From the NCBI GenBank assembly GCA_963738245.1, contig CAVTWB010000012.1, positions 295,921-359,920 of the forward strand: DNA of 64,000 nt, given 5' to 3'. This DNA comes from an uncultured Verrucomicrobiae bacterium (GTDB lineage Bacteria; Verrucomicrobiota; Verrucomicrobiia; Limisphaerales; UBA11358). This document shows, piece after piece, positions 1 through 9,568 of the stretch. The notes under the pieces are model-generated. The model was given only the letters and a program-made list of their open reading frames with translations, made no database searches and was not told the DNA's origin. Position numbers and translations under genes: made by a program. Positions within the stretch are counted from its first letter, which is position 1; each line of letters opens with the position of its first letter.

Positions 1-19
1 GTTGTGACAGCGGCATAAT

Positions 20-1376
20 TTAAAATCCTTCCAAGTGATACGCGTGCAGCTTGCGGTGAAACGTGCGCCGGCTCATGCCGATTTTTTTCGCGGCCCAGCG
101 TCCGGTTGCCATCGGTTTCCTTCAGCGCGCGCTCGATCAATTGTTTCTCGGCGTCCTTCACCGTCAAATCATTTCGCTGCAATAACTGGGTTCCCGTCGT
201 CCGCCCGCCGCGCACCGACGGCGGCAGATCGCGCGCGGAAATTTTTTCGCCCCGGCACAAAACGACCGCGTGCTCGATGGCCGTCCGCAACTCGCGCACG
301 TTGCCCGGCCAGGAATAATTCATCAGCAATTGGAGCGCGTCCGCCGTGAAATCGTTCACCGCTTTGCCGTTTTCCTTCGCGAACTCGCGCAGAAAACTCT
401 GCGCCAGCAGCGGCATGTCGCCCGTCCGCTCCCGCAGCGGCGGCAATACTATTTCAACCACGCGCAGCCGGAAAAACAAATCTTCGCGGAATTTCCCGGC
501 TTTGACCAGCTCTTCCAGATTCTTATTTGTCGCCGCCACCAGCCGCACATCCGCGCTCAGGGTTTTGTTGGAACCGACCCGCTCAAAAGTCCGTTCGCCC
601 AAAAACCGCAGCAGCTTCACCTGGATCGTCGCGTCAATTTCGCCGATTTCATCCAGAAACAGCGTGCCGCCCTGCGCCTGCTCGAACCGGCCGATGCGCC
701 GCTCGTGCGCGCCGGTGAACGCGCCCTTTTCGTGCCCGAACAGTTCGCTCTCCAACAGGGTCGGCGCGAGCGCCGCGCAATGCACCGTCACGAACGGCTG
801 CCGGGCGCGCGGGCTTAATTGGTGCAGCGCTTTCGCGATGAGTTCCTTGCCGGTGCCGCTTTCGCCCAGCACCAGCACCGTCGCCCGCGTCGGCGCGACC
901 TGCTGGACGACGTCGAAAATCTCCTTCATGACCGACGATTCGCCGATGATGTTTTCCAGCCCGAATTTTGAGTCGAGCTGTTTGCGCAGCGAAACATTTT
1001 CCACCTCCAGATTCTGCTGCTTCAACGCCCGCGCAATCCGCATTTCCAGTTCGTCAATCTGCAAACGGCCCTTGGCGATGTAATCGTCCGCACCGCGTTT
1101 CATCGCGTCCACCGCCAGCTCCTCCGAACCGTAGGCCGTCATCAAAACGCAGACCGGCGGATGGGAAAGCGATTTCGCGCGGGCGATCAGTTTCATTCCA
1201 TCCTCATTCGGCAGCCGGAAATCCGTGAGCATCACGTCGAAGTTTTCACTTTCCAAAAGAGCCATCGCCGCCTGCGCATCCTCGGCGATGTAAACGTCAT
1301 AGCGTTCCTCCAGCGCCGCGCGCAAACCATCGCGCGTCGTTTTCTCGTCATCCACGATGAGCAAAGTCGGTTTCAT
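20..1376 (-). CDS. sigma-54-dependent response regulator (REC + AAA+ + Fis-type HTH); frame broken by 1 nt just upstream of the HTH
   Basis: Own minus-strand translation from ATG 1376-1374: MKPTLLIVDDEKTTRDGL (receiver), VLVLGESGTGKE (Walker A), ELFGHEKGAFTGA (GAFTGA loop), NVRELRTAIEHAVV. Missing from the ORF track because this frame stays open past the left edge. The HTH AAKKIGMSRRTFHRKLHAYHLEGF-stop (stop at 20-22) is in another frame. Confidence 0.85.
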
Positions 1377-1454
1377 TTGAGATTTGCAAAATGGGTAAAT
1401 AGTTGAACTGGCTTTGGATCGCACATGAAATCAATTCAACGATTCACAATTTAA

Positions 1455-2702
1455 CTATTCAACTTTTAGTTTGGCTTCCAGCAAGCGCGGCCGGCGCTCG
1501 TGCAACGGCAGCCAGATGCGGAACGTCGTGCCGCGACCGACATGGCTTTCCAGTTCGATGCGGCCGTTATGGGCGCGCACGATGCGCTGCACAATCATCA
1601 GACCGAGGCCGCTGCCTTTTTTCTTGGTCGTGTAAAATGGTTCGAAAATCCGGTTGATCTGCTCCTGCGGAATGCCGCCGCCGTTGTCGGCCACGCTCAC
1701 CCAAACGCCGTCGTCGTTCTCGCCGGTTTGCAGCGCCAGCGTGCCGCCCCTCGTCATCGCCTGCATCGCATTTTTGACAAGGTTGACCAGAACCTGCTGC
1801 AATTGCATCGGGTCAACCGGCGCGGCGGCCAGCCGTCGCGCAAGTTTTGTCGTCACCGTCAGCCCGCGATTTTCCAGTTCCGGTCGCAGCAATTCCAAAG
1901 TTTTTTCGACCACGTCGTTGAGCGAATGCGGCTGAAGCTGCGGCGGCACGGGCCGGATCGCCTGGAGAAATTGCGTGATGATGTAATCGAGCCGGTTGAT
2001 TTCGCCCTTCGCCACGTCGAGATATTTTTCGAGCCGTCCGGAGATGTCCGCCGTGTCGGCTTCGACCACCAGATTCTGCGAACGCGGACGCGAAACCCGT
2101 TTTGAGCCGTCCGCGCCGGCCTTGAGTTTTTTCACCTCGCGCTCCATGAGCTGCAGATGAATGTGCAGCGCGTTGAGCGGATTGCCGATTTCGTGCGCCA
2201 CGCTCGCCGCGAGCAGCGTGAGCGCCTGCACCCGCTCGCTTTCGATGGCTTCAAAAGTTTTTTGCCGCGCCTCGGTCGCGTCGTGCAAAATCAGCGCCAC
2301 GCCGGAGCTGCCCTTCGCCTCGCCGTCGAGCGGCGCGGCGTAAAGCCGCAGAAAACGCGGACGCGGATAACTTACTTCGAACTCGTGCCGCAAGACGTGC
2401 GCGCCGCCTTCGCGGTCGAAGCGCGAAATTTTTCCCCAGTCCAGTTCCGGCAGGAAGCGTCCGACCGGCTGGCCTTCGTCACCAGCCTGCAAGCCCAGCA
2501 GGCCGGTCACGGCCTGGTTGAAATAAACGATGCGCCCCTGCTCGTCGGCCACCAGCACGCCGTCTTCAATCGTGTTGAACAGGGTTTCGAGAAAATTTCG
2601 TTCGTGCGCCAGCCGCTGAACCACCGTCTGCAACCCTTCCGCGTCCAGCCGCCCGATGCGGCCTAGCACTTTGTCGAGAAAACTGGATTTGATTGAAGCC
2701 AT
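1455..2702 (-). CDS. sensor histidine kinase (PAS-like + HisKA + HATPase_c), partner of the downstream response regulator
   Basis: 415-aa ORF. H-box AASVAHEIGNPLNAL, N-box LVNLVKNAMQAM, G-boxes DNGGGIP and GSGLGL. Sits directly upstream of the RR on the same strand. Confidence 0.85.
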   Translation of the reverse strand: MASIKSSFLDKVLGRIGRLDAEGLQTVVQRLAHERNFLETLFNTIEDGVLVADEQGRIVYFNQAVTGLLGLQAGDEGQPVGRFLPELDWGKISRFDREGGAHVLRHEFEVSYPRPRFLRLYAAPLDGEAKGSSGVALILHDATEARQKTFEAIESERVQALTLLAASVAHEIGNPLNALHIHLQLMEREVKKLKAGADGSKRVSRPRSQNLVVEADTADISGRLEKYLDVAKGEINRLDYIITQFLQAIRPVPPQLQPHSLNDVVEKTLELLRPELENRGLTVTTKLARRLAAAPVDPMQLQQVLVNLVKNAMQAMTRGGTLALQTGENDDGVWVSVADNGGGIPQEQINRIFEPFYTTKKKGSGLGLMIVQRIVRAHNGRIELESHVGRGTTFRIWLPLHERRPRLLEAKLKVE

Positions 2703-2729
2703 TGAATAAAATCAGGTTCGTGGAGTGAC

Positions 2730-2758
2730 ATTTTGGCACAAATATAAAAATTCGTCAA
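2730..2758 (-). promoter_or_regulatory. candidate sigma-70-type promoter for the kinase/regulator operon
   Basis: Minus strand reads TTGACG, 17 nt, CAAAAT, ending about 28 nt before the ATG at 2702. Motif match only. Confidence 0.3.
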
Positions 2759-2796
2759 CCGCTAAAACAGGTTTTGTTGACACAGCGGAGGATGAT

Positions 2797-3522
2797 TCAC
2801 TTGCCGTTCGCCGTGAGCGACAGGAAAATTTCTTCAAGCTGGCCGGATCTGCCACTTTGCCGCCGGAGTTCTTCGCGGGTGCCGACGGCAATCAGTTTTC
2901 CGCCGTGAATGATGCCGATGCGGTCGGCCATTTCCTCGGCGATTTCCAATTGGTGCGTGGAGACCAGCACGGTGACGCCCGCGCGCGAACGTTCCTTGAA
3001 CACGTCCTTCACCACGCGCGCGTGCTGCGGGTCGAGGCCGACCATCGGCTCGTCAATCACGAACACTTCCGGCTCGTGCAGGAGTGCGGACACGATGGCC
3101 ACGCGCTGGCGCGTGCCGTGCGAAAGACCTTCGAGCGGGCGGTTCACAAATTCCGCCAGATGAAACCGCGTGATCAATTCCTGCGCGTTTTTTTCGATGT
3201 GCGTGTCGGACATCTGAAACAACTGGCCGGTGAAGCGGAAAAATTCCCATCCAGTCAGCTTGTCGTAGAGAAATGGAAAATCAGGAACGTAGGCGATGTG
3301 CCGGCGCGCTTCGAGCGGCTGCGCCTGCATGTCAAACCCGCAGACGCGCGCGCAGCCGGAGGTGGGCTTCATCAGGCCGGCGAGCATTTTCAGCGTGGTC
3401 GTCTTGCCGGCGGCGTTGGGTCCGAGCATGGCGAAAAATTCGCCGCGGGGAATTGTGAGCGAAATGTCGCTGACCGCCGTGAGATCGCCGAATTTTTTTA
3501 CGAGGTTGACGAGTTCAATCAT
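2797..3522 (-). CDS. ABC transporter ATP-binding protein (ABC-2/DrrA-like)
   Basis: Walker A GPNAAGKTT, signature LSHGTRQRV, Walker B VFVIDEP. Start trimmed to MIELVNLVKKFG (M54 of track ORF 2797..3681) because the upstream gene stops at 3533. Confidence 0.85.
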   Translation of the reverse strand: MIELVNLVKKFGDLTAVSDISLTIPRGEFFAMLGPNAAGKTTTLKMLAGLMKPTSGCARVCGFDMQAQPLEARRHIAYVPDFPFLYDKLTGWEFFRFTGQLFQMSDTHIEKNAQELITRFHLAEFVNRPLEGLSHGTRQRVAIVSALLHEPEVFVIDEPMVGLDPQHARVVKDVFKERSRAGVTVLVSTHQLEIAEEMADRIGIIHGGKLIAVGTREELRRQSGRSGQLEEIFLSLTANGK

Positions 3523-3532
3523 GCGGCGGCCT

Positions 3533-4336
3533 TCAATTTTTGCTCCATTCGTCGAGCGAGGCGGTGAAGCCGTCGGGCAGTTCGACCCGCAAAATTTCTC
3601 CGAGCGTGCTGGCGTAGATGACGATTGAATAGTCGAGCATGTGGGTTTCCAGACGATAAACGGACACCGGCTCGTTGCCAATCTTCAAACGGTCGCGGTG
3701 CGCCTCCCACACGACCGGCTGGGAGAACGCCGCCGATTCCTCCGGCAGCATGGGCAGTTCCACTGCGCCCAGCACGCCGCCGCCGAAATTTTCGGTGAAT
3801 TCGTGCAGCAGCGCATTGGGATCCTCCAAATCCGCAAAGGCAATCTCGCGCTCAATGGTGCCGCCCTCATTGGTGATTTTCAATTGCACCATCTGGTTGG
3901 TGGCGACCGAATGAATTTCAATCGCGGCGGTGTGCGAGGATAATTTCAGGTTCAATTCGCGCCACTTCCGGTTGGGATAAAAGCTCAACCGCCCGTCGAA
4001 CCGCACCCGGTTGGTGAAATCGCCGAGGCTCGTGTTGCCGTTCAGCCGGATCTGGTAGCCGGCGCGGGTGATGACACCCTCCGGCGGCGGCTTGTCCTCG
4101 TCGAGCTTGGCCATCTCCGTCTCAACACTTGTCGAAAATTCGCAGAAGCCCGAGCGTTCGCCGTCCTGGTAGATGCTCAGGGACGAGGCGTCCGGCGCGG
4201 TCAAAATTTTCCGCCAGACCAGCGCCACCGGCACCGGCTCCTCGTTGCCGCGCGAACCGTATTCCATGCGCCACAACAAAACATTCATCGTGACCCAGAA
4301 CACCGCGATGGCAACAAATGGAGCGCGCGAAATCAT
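3533..4336 (-). CDS. hypothetical protein with N-terminal membrane anchor
   Basis: 267-aa ORF. N-terminal hydrophobic helix APFVAIAVFWVTMNVLLW. Tightly packed with the ABC ATPase. No motif recognised. Confidence 0.5.
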   Translation of the reverse strand: MISRAPFVAIAVFWVTMNVLLWRMEYGSRGNEEPVPVALVWRKILTAPDASSLSIYQDGERSGFCEFSTSVETEMAKLDEDKPPPEGVITRAGYQIRLNGNTSLGDFTNRVRFDGRLSFYPNRKWRELNLKLSSHTAAIEIHSVATNQMVQLKITNEGGTIEREIAFADLEDPNALLHEFTENFGGGVLGAVELPMLPEESAAFSQPVVWEAHRDRLKIGNEPVSVYRLETHMLDYSIVIYASTLGEILRVELPDGFTASLDEWSKN

Positions 4337-4343
4337 GTGAAAG

Positions 4344-5090
4344 TCACGGCGGCGGCAGATTGATGGGCTGGCCGACGCGCAATTTCTTCGGATTCAACCC
4401 CGGATTGGCCGCGAGCAGCGCGTCCAAGTTCAATTTGAACTTGCGCGCGATGGCGGCCGGCGTTTCGCCGGCGGCAACAACATGGGTGCGCGGCCTGGCC
4501 ACCGGCGGATTTGCCGCCGCGGTCGTCGCCTGCAACGGGATTGCCGTGGCGGTGGATTGTGGCGCGACATTCATTGGCGGCGGCGAATTTGTTTTCATTG
4601 CCACCATCTGGCTGGCGTAATACGCGCGCCACTTGTCCACTTCATCCTGCAACTGCCGGTTTTTGTCGGCGAGCTGCTGGAGCTGCTGCTGCGCGGCCGG
4701 CGAACTTGGCAGTTGCATTACGTCGGTTGCGAGCTGCTGTTTGCAGGTGTTGATATGCTGGTTGACAATGTCCGCATTGGGGGCGTTTGGGTCATAGCGG
4801 AGGTATTGCTGGTAATGATAAATGGCGGCGGCGGGATTGGATTCCTTTTCACTGTAAAGCATGGCGAGCTGGTAATGCGCCGGCACCGAATGCGGATTCA
4901 CCTCGAGCGATTCCTCGAACGCCTCGACCGCGCCCGCATAATCCATCGCGTTGACGCGGTTCTGGCCGAGCACGAAATGCGGCTCCTTCTCATCATCCGC
5001 CATGCTTTGTCCAGTCGGTTCACAACCGGCCAGCGTGACGCCGAGGCAGACGGCGCAGACACTGAAAACGGCGCGATTCCAAAAATCCAT
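4344..5090 (-). CDS. lipoprotein with TPR region and C-terminal LysM domain
   Basis: Lipobox VTLAGC after MDFWNRAVFSVCAVCLG. TPR-like YAGAVEAFEESLEVNPHSVPAHYQLAMLY. LysM-like HVVAAGETPAAIARKFKLNLDALLAANPGLNPKKLRVGQPINLP. The track ORF start (5306) was trimmed because it reads across the tRNA on the other strand. Confidence 0.7.
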   Translation of the reverse strand: MDFWNRAVFSVCAVCLGVTLAGCEPTGQSMADDEKEPHFVLGQNRVNAMDYAGAVEAFEESLEVNPHSVPAHYQLAMLYSEKESNPAAAIYHYQQYLRYDPNAPNADIVNQHINTCKQQLATDVMQLPSSPAAQQQLQQLADKNRQLQDEVDKWRAYYASQMVAMKTNSPPPMNVAPQSTATAIPLQATTAAANPPVARPRTHVVAAGETPAAIARKFKLNLDALLAANPGLNPKKLRVGQPINLPPP

Positions 5091-5184
5091 GCACAAAGTT
5101 AAACGAAAGTCGTCCGGCGTGCAATTGTGCCGTGCAAAAGCAGGCTTGAGATTCGCACGCGCGCGGCGCAATTTGTCTGCGGTT

Positions 5185-5269
5185 GCGCGCGTGGTGGAAT
5201 TGGCAGACACGCCAGACTTAGGATCTGGTTCCGCAAGGATTGGAGGTTCAAGTCCTCTCGCGCGCACCA
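5185..5269 (+). tRNA. tRNA-Leu (anticodon UAG), CCA encoded
   Basis: Hand-folded. Acceptor GCGCGCG/CGCGCGC, U8, 3-bp D stem GTG/CAC. Anticodon arm CCAGA-CTTAGGA-TCTGG (anticodon TAG). Long variable arm. T arm GGAGG-TTCAAGT-CCTCT. Ends ACCA. Confidence 0.9.
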
Positions 5270-5358
5270 TTCCACCAATCTGGCTGTTTGGGCCAGGCGG
5301 CATCAAGCCTGGCTGGCATGACGTCTGCTCATGGACAACAAGGACTTATCCGCGCCAA

Positions 5359-5380
5359 GGCCGCCGATGCGGCGGTTTTG
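5359..5380 (+). terminator. candidate rho-independent terminator after tRNA-Leu
   Basis: CCGCCG-ATG-CGGCGG stem-loop followed by TTTT. Confidence 0.4.
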
Positions 5381-5502
5381 TGAATTCTGGATAACTTCGA
5401 ACACATGTTATGAAACGAAACAGTTGTCATGGAAATCGCACAAGCTTTAAACTTGTGGCGCGGCGTCCTGTTTTCGGACGTTCCGTCCGGAAAAGTCATT
5501 CC

Positions 5503-6930
5503 ATGAAAACCACAATCTCGTTGGGTTTATGCGCCGCTTTTGCCGCAGTCTTTATTACCGCCTGTGCCCACAACAAGCCGGCCAAGGCCGCCGCCGATGC
5601 TGCTTTTGAAAGGCAATTGAACGAGGCGTCCGGCACAAACTCCATAACTACGGAGACCCCGGAAGCGGAATCTGTCACAACAAATATTGTGGCCGCTCCA
5701 ATTGCCGAAGCTGCCACAAATGAGGTTCCGGCGGCTGCCGTTTCGACTGTCGAAACCGCGACCAATGAGATTCCGTCACCGGCTGTTCCAGTTGTCGAAG
5801 CGTCCACGAATGAAGCGCCGGCTACTGCCGCTGCCACTGCTGAAGCTGTGACAAATGAAACTTCCGTTGCGGCGGCTCCGGTTGCCGAAGCTGCCACGAA
5901 TGAAGCTCCGGTGGTCGCCGCTCCGACTGCCGAAACCGCGACCAATGAGACTCCGGCGCCGGCTGTTCCAGTTGTCGAAGCGTCCACGAATGAAGCGCCG
6001 GCTACTGCTGCTGCCACTGTAGAAGCTGTGACAAATGAAACTCCCGTTGCGGCGGCTCCGGTTGCCGAAGCTGCCACGAATGAAGCTCCGGTGGTCGCCG
6101 CTCCGACTGCCGAAACCGCGACCAATGAGATTCCGTCACCGGCTGTTCCAGTTGTCGAAGCGTCCACGAATGAAGCGCCGGCTACTGCCGCTGCCACTGT
6201 AGAAGCTGTGACAAATGAAACTCCCGTTGCGGCGGCTCCGGTTGCCGAAGCTGCCACAAATGAGGTTCCGGCGGCTGCCGTTTCGACTGTCGAAACCGCG
6301 ACCAATGAGATTCCGTCACCGGCTGTTCCAGTTGTCGAAGCGTCCACGAATGAAGCGCCGGCTACTGCCGCTGCCACTGTAGAAGCTGTGACAAATGAAA
6401 CTTCCGTTGCGGCTGCCCCAGTTGCTGAAACTTCCTCGAATGAAATTCCGGCGGCGGCGGCTCCGACTGCTGAAACAACGACAAATGAAACTCCGGCTGG
6501 GGTTGCTCCGGTTGCCGAAGCTCCGACGAACGCAACTCCGGCGGTAGTTGCGGCGGTTGTTGAAGCCGCCACCAACAATGAAACTCCGGTTGCGGCGGCT
6601 CCGGTTGCCGAAGCACCCACCAATGAAGTGCCTGCGGTTGTGGTTCCTGCCACCAAGACGCCAACGGTTGCCACAGCAACACCCAGGCCAGCCCAGGCAC
6701 CCGCCGTGAATAAACCGGCCAGTCCACCGGCGACAGTGAAGCCGGCCAATCAGCTTGTGACCGTCAGTGGCGAAATCTTTAACAATCCATACGTCGAAAA
6801 AGTTGATCCGGACGGAATCATTGTCAGCTATACGCCGGCCCAAGGCGGGATGGCGATCACCAAGGTTTATTTCTACGAACTTTCCGACGCCATGCGGAAG
6901 CGATACGCACCCGATCCGGCGAACCAATAG
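5503..6930 (+). CDS. repetitive Ala/Thr/Pro/Glu-rich lipoprotein
   Basis: Start trimmed to MKTTISLGLCAAFAAVFITAC (lipobox). About 25 copies of a 15-aa motif (..AAPVAEAATNEAP..). Non-repetitive C-terminal domain QLVTVSGEIFNNPYVEKVDPDGIIVSYTPAQGGMAITKVYFYEL. Confidence 0.7.
   Translation: MKTTISLGLCAAFAAVFITACAHNKPAKAAADAAFERQLNEASGTNSITTETPEAESVTTNIVAAPIAEAATNEVPAAAVSTVETATNEIPSPAVPVVEASTNEAPATAAATAEAVTNETSVAAAPVAEAATNEAPVVAAPTAETATNETPAPAVPVVEASTNEAPATAAATVEAVTNETPVAAAPVAEAATNEAPVVAAPTAETATNEIPSPAVPVVEASTNEAPATAAATVEAVTNETPVAAAPVAEAATNEVPAAAVSTVETATNEIPSPAVPVVEASTNEAPATAAATVEAVTNETSVAAAPVAETSSNEIPAAAAPTAETTTNETPAGVAPVAEAPTNATPAVVAAVVEAATNNETPVAAAPVAEAPTNEVPAVVVPATKTPTVATATPRPAQAPAVNKPASPPATVKPANQLVTVSGEIFNNPYVEKVDPDGIIVSYTPAQGGMAITKVYFYELSDAMRKRYAPDPANQ
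5701..6420 (+). repeat. four near-identical 180-bp tandem units (built from 45-bp subunits) inside the lipoprotein gene
   Basis: 5761-5820, 5941-6000, 6121-6180 and 6301-6360 are near-identical. 5701-5760 matches 6241-6300, and 5881-5940 matches 6061-6120. Confidence 0.9.
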
Positions 6931-7064
6931 GATTTCCGGAACGGATTCTATCGGCGCTGAAATCCGCTCATTGGATGACAGGCCGGCTCGTCACACCGGG
7001 GAAGCGTAGCTGGGTATTGGAACCTGGTTCAATTCTTGGCGGGCGGCGGGATGGCACCGTCGGT

Positions 7065-7493
7065 CTATTTCTTCTTCCACGGCTGGCTGGGAAATTTCAT
7101 CGGCGCGGGCGTTGGTCTGGCGATCGTCAATCCAGAATCCGCTCCAATTTTTTCCCCGGGAGATTTGGCCTTTGCCGCGTCCTCGCGCCAGGATTCGATT
7201 TTCGCCTTCAAGCCGTGTTTTTCGGCGGTGACCTTGTCGCCGGATTTCATATAGAACAGCGAGAGGTTGGTGTGGACGAGCTGCTCCTGCGGGCGGAGTT
7301 GTTCGGCCTTGTGACCCTCGGCAATCGCCGCCGCGAAATTGCCCTGGCGATAATACGCCATGCCCAGCGCGAGTTGTGCGTCGAAATATCCGGGGTCGGT
7401 GGCCAGCACCGTTTTAAATTTTGCAATCGCGCCGTCGAAATCGCCCCGGCTGAAATCGAACATCGCGTCGTCGTAGGTTTCCTGCTGTGTCAT
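7065..7493 (-). CDS. small TPR-repeat protein
   Basis: 142-aa ORF. TPR-like FDGAIAKFKTVLATDPGYFDAQLALGMAYYRQGNFAAAIAEGHKAEQLRP. Confidence 0.7.
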   Translation of the reverse strand: MTQQETYDDAMFDFSRGDFDGAIAKFKTVLATDPGYFDAQLALGMAYYRQGNFAAAIAEGHKAEQLRPQEQLVHTNLSLFYMKSGDKVTAEKHGLKAKIESWREDAAKAKSPGEKIGADSGLTIARPTPAPMKFPSQPWKKK

Positions 7494-7617
7494 GTGCCGG
7501 GGCTACGCTACGCAGGCCGGCCGGTTTGCGCAAGCGGCGTGGTGCAGGAACAGATGGTTTCCGTTTGCTCGGCGGCTCGATTAAATTATATTATGAGCTA
7601 AATTCTTGCATTAGAAA

Positions 7618-7646
7618 TTGACACATTGACTCCGCCTGCCTACTGT
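7618..7646 (+). promoter_or_regulatory. candidate sigma-70-type promoter for korAB
   Basis: TTGACA, 17 nt, TACTGT, about 80 nt upstream of the korA ATG. Motif match only. Confidence 0.25.
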
Positions 7647-7725
7647 TATGAGGCAACAGTGTCGTGCTGTCCGTTACAACTGCCAGCCCACTTTGCACGC
7701 GGTAAATTTTTAAATTTGAGTTTCC

Positions 7726-9549
7726 ATGAGTGATACAATCGAACAGGCGTTGTCGTCGAACGGCGCGCAGAAAGTGGCGCGGATCAGCGAAGTGGTGATC
7801 CGCATCGCCGGCAATTCGCAGGACGGCATCCAGGCCATCGGCGGTTTTCTCGCGCGGCTCGCCGGCCGCAGCGAACAGGAAGTCATGACGTTCATGACCA
7901 TTCCCGCCACGATTTCCGGCGGCGCCTCCATCTTCCAGGTCCGCATGGGCAGCGGCGAGGTTTTGAGCGCCGGCGACGAAGCGGATGTGCTGCTCGCGTT
8001 TTACCAGCACAGCTACGAGGCCCATATTGGCGGTCTCAAAAAAGGCGGCATCGTGCTTTACGATTCCGACCACGTCGTGCCGAACGAAGAGTGGAAGAAA
8101 AATTATCACCACCTCGGCATTCCGATTTCCGGCCTGACGGTCGAGGCCATCGGCGGCACGGCCAAGGACAAGGGGAAAAATATTTTCGCCCTCGGCCTCA
8201 TCGCCAAGATGTTCGACCTGAACCTGCCGAAACTTGAACAGCTCATCGCCGAACGGTTCACCGGCAAGGATCCGAGCATTTTGAACAACGCGCTCGCCGC
8301 GTTTCATGCCGGCCACGCCAACCCGCTCGGCAACGTGCTGGAAACTTTCAAGTTCGTGGACAGCCAGAAAAAGGACGGCCATCAGGTCGTGATGAACGGC
8401 AACGAGGCGCTCGGCTACGGCCTCATCGCCGCCGGCGTGCGTTTCGGCGCGGGCTATCCCATCACGCCGTGGTCGGACATCATGGAACTGCTCCGCCGCG
8501 AACTGCCGAAATACGGCGGCTGCTTCATCCAGACCGAGGACGAAATCGCCGCCATCTCGATGGCCATCGGCGGCAGCTACGCCGGGCGCGTCGCGGTGAC
8601 CGGTTCGAGCGGGCCGGGCATTTCGCTCAAGACCGAGGCGCTCGGCTGGGCCATCATGGCGGAAATGCCGCTCGTCGTCATTGACGTCCAGCGCGGCGGG
8701 CCTTCGACCGGAATGCCGACGAACATCGAGCAGTCCGATTTGAACATCGCCGTCAACGGCGGCCACGGCGACGCGCCGCGCGTCGTCATCGCGCCGGCAA
8801 ACGTCGAAGATTGTTTTTACATGGCGATTGAAGCCGTCAACATCGCCCGCAACTATTCCGTGCCGGTGGTTTTGCTGACCGACCAGGGCATCGCCACGCG
8901 CATCGAGGCGTTTGTGGAGCCGAACCTCGAAAAAGTTTGCCAGGACATTACGCCGGATTTCGCGCCGGTGGCCGACCACAAGCCTTACGATTTGTCGGCG
9001 CCCAACGGCATTTCGCATCACGTCCCGCCGGGCACCAAAATTGACAGCGGAAAGTATCCCATCGTCACCGGCCTCGAACACGACGAACTCGGCCATCCGA
9101 CCGGCTCGCCGAAACTGCACATGCAGATGACCGCCAAACGCCGCAGGAAATTGCAGGCGCTCGGCGCGACGCTGCCGGTGCCGAAAATCTACGGCCCGTC
9201 CGAAGGAAATGTTTTGCTCGTCGGCTGGGGTTCGACCGAAGGCCCGATCAAGGAGGCCGTGGACCGCGCCCGCGCCGGCGGCGACAGCGTTTCCTCAATT
9301 CATTTGCGCCACATCAATCCGCTGCCGGACGGGCTGGAAAATATTTTCTCCGGCTTCAATCATGTGCTCGTCGTCGAGATGAACGACGAGGGGCTTTACG
9401 GCTTCGGCCAGCTCGGCGCGATTCTGCGCGCCCGCTATTGCGATCCGAAAATCCAGGGCATCAACAAGACCGACGGCCTGACCTGGAAGGTGAAGGAAAT
9501 CCTTGAACGCACCAAAACCAACCTGTCCGCCGGTTTGAGCAAAATTTGA
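7726..9549 (+). CDS. korA: 2-oxoacid:ferredoxin oxidoreductase, fused gamma/alpha subunit
   Basis: 607 aa. N-terminal gamma-like domain, then GNEALGYGLIAAGVRFGAGYPITP and GSSGPGISLKTEALG. Paired with a TPP-binding beta subunit. Confidence 0.9.
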   Translation: MSDTIEQALSSNGAQKVARISEVVIRIAGNSQDGIQAIGGFLARLAGRSEQEVMTFMTIPATISGGASIFQVRMGSGEVLSAGDEADVLLAFYQHSYEAHIGGLKKGGIVLYDSDHVVPNEEWKKNYHHLGIPISGLTVEAIGGTAKDKGKNIFALGLIAKMFDLNLPKLEQLIAERFTGKDPSILNNALAAFHAGHANPLGNVLETFKFVDSQKKDGHQVVMNGNEALGYGLIAAGVRFGAGYPITPWSDIMELLRRELPKYGGCFIQTEDEIAAISMAIGGSYAGRVAVTGSSGPGISLKTEALGWAIMAEMPLVVIDVQRGGPSTGMPTNIEQSDLNIAVNGGHGDAPRVVIAPANVEDCFYMAIEAVNIARNYSVPVVLLTDQGIATRIEAFVEPNLEKVCQDITPDFAPVADHKPYDLSAPNGISHHVPPGTKIDSGKYPIVTGLEHDELGHPTGSPKLHMQMTAKRRRKLQALGATLPVPKIYGPSEGNVLLVGWGSTEGPIKEAVDRARAGGDSVSSIHLRHINPLPDGLENIFSGFNHVLVVEMNDEGLYGFGQLGAILRARYCDPKIQGINKTDGLTWKVKEILERTKTNLSAGLSKI

Positions 9550-9568
9550 TTTTTACCGTCAATTATAT

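Noticed and set aside
2797-3681. N-terminal 53-codon extension of the ABC ATPase ORF
   Set aside because: The extension overlaps the preceding gene (stop at 3533) and is low-complexity. The canonical ABC N-terminus MIELVNLVKKFG begins at 3522.
4344-5306. Full-length 320-aa version of the TPR/LysM ORF
   Set aside because: Its first 72 codons (..GMVRARGLEPPILAEPDPKSGVSANSTTRA..) are the reverse translation of tRNA-Leu at 5185-5269. The gene was trimmed to the Met preceding a lipobox (5090).
5496-6749. 417-aa minus-strand Ala/Gly/Thr/Val-rich ORF (and 6316..6927, 6362..6727) across the tandem repeats
   Set aside because: These are mirror images of the repeat array. The plus-strand frame has a lipoprotein signal peptide, a unique C-terminal domain and a sensible stop. 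The minus ORFs have no start context or signal peptide.
7591-9120. 509-aa minus-strand ORF overlapping korA
   Set aside because: It is an antisense shadow ORF. It is Arg/Ala/Gly/Asp-rich with no motif, while the plus strand encodes an unmistakable 2-oxoacid:ferredoxin oxidoreductase subunit. The same reasoning removes 17243..19030 (antisense to rnr), 44363..45745, 46589..47926, 41912..42925, 28190..29581, 25387..26607, 10610..11601, 13594..14442, 14680..15663, 62570..63163 and 63233..63982.
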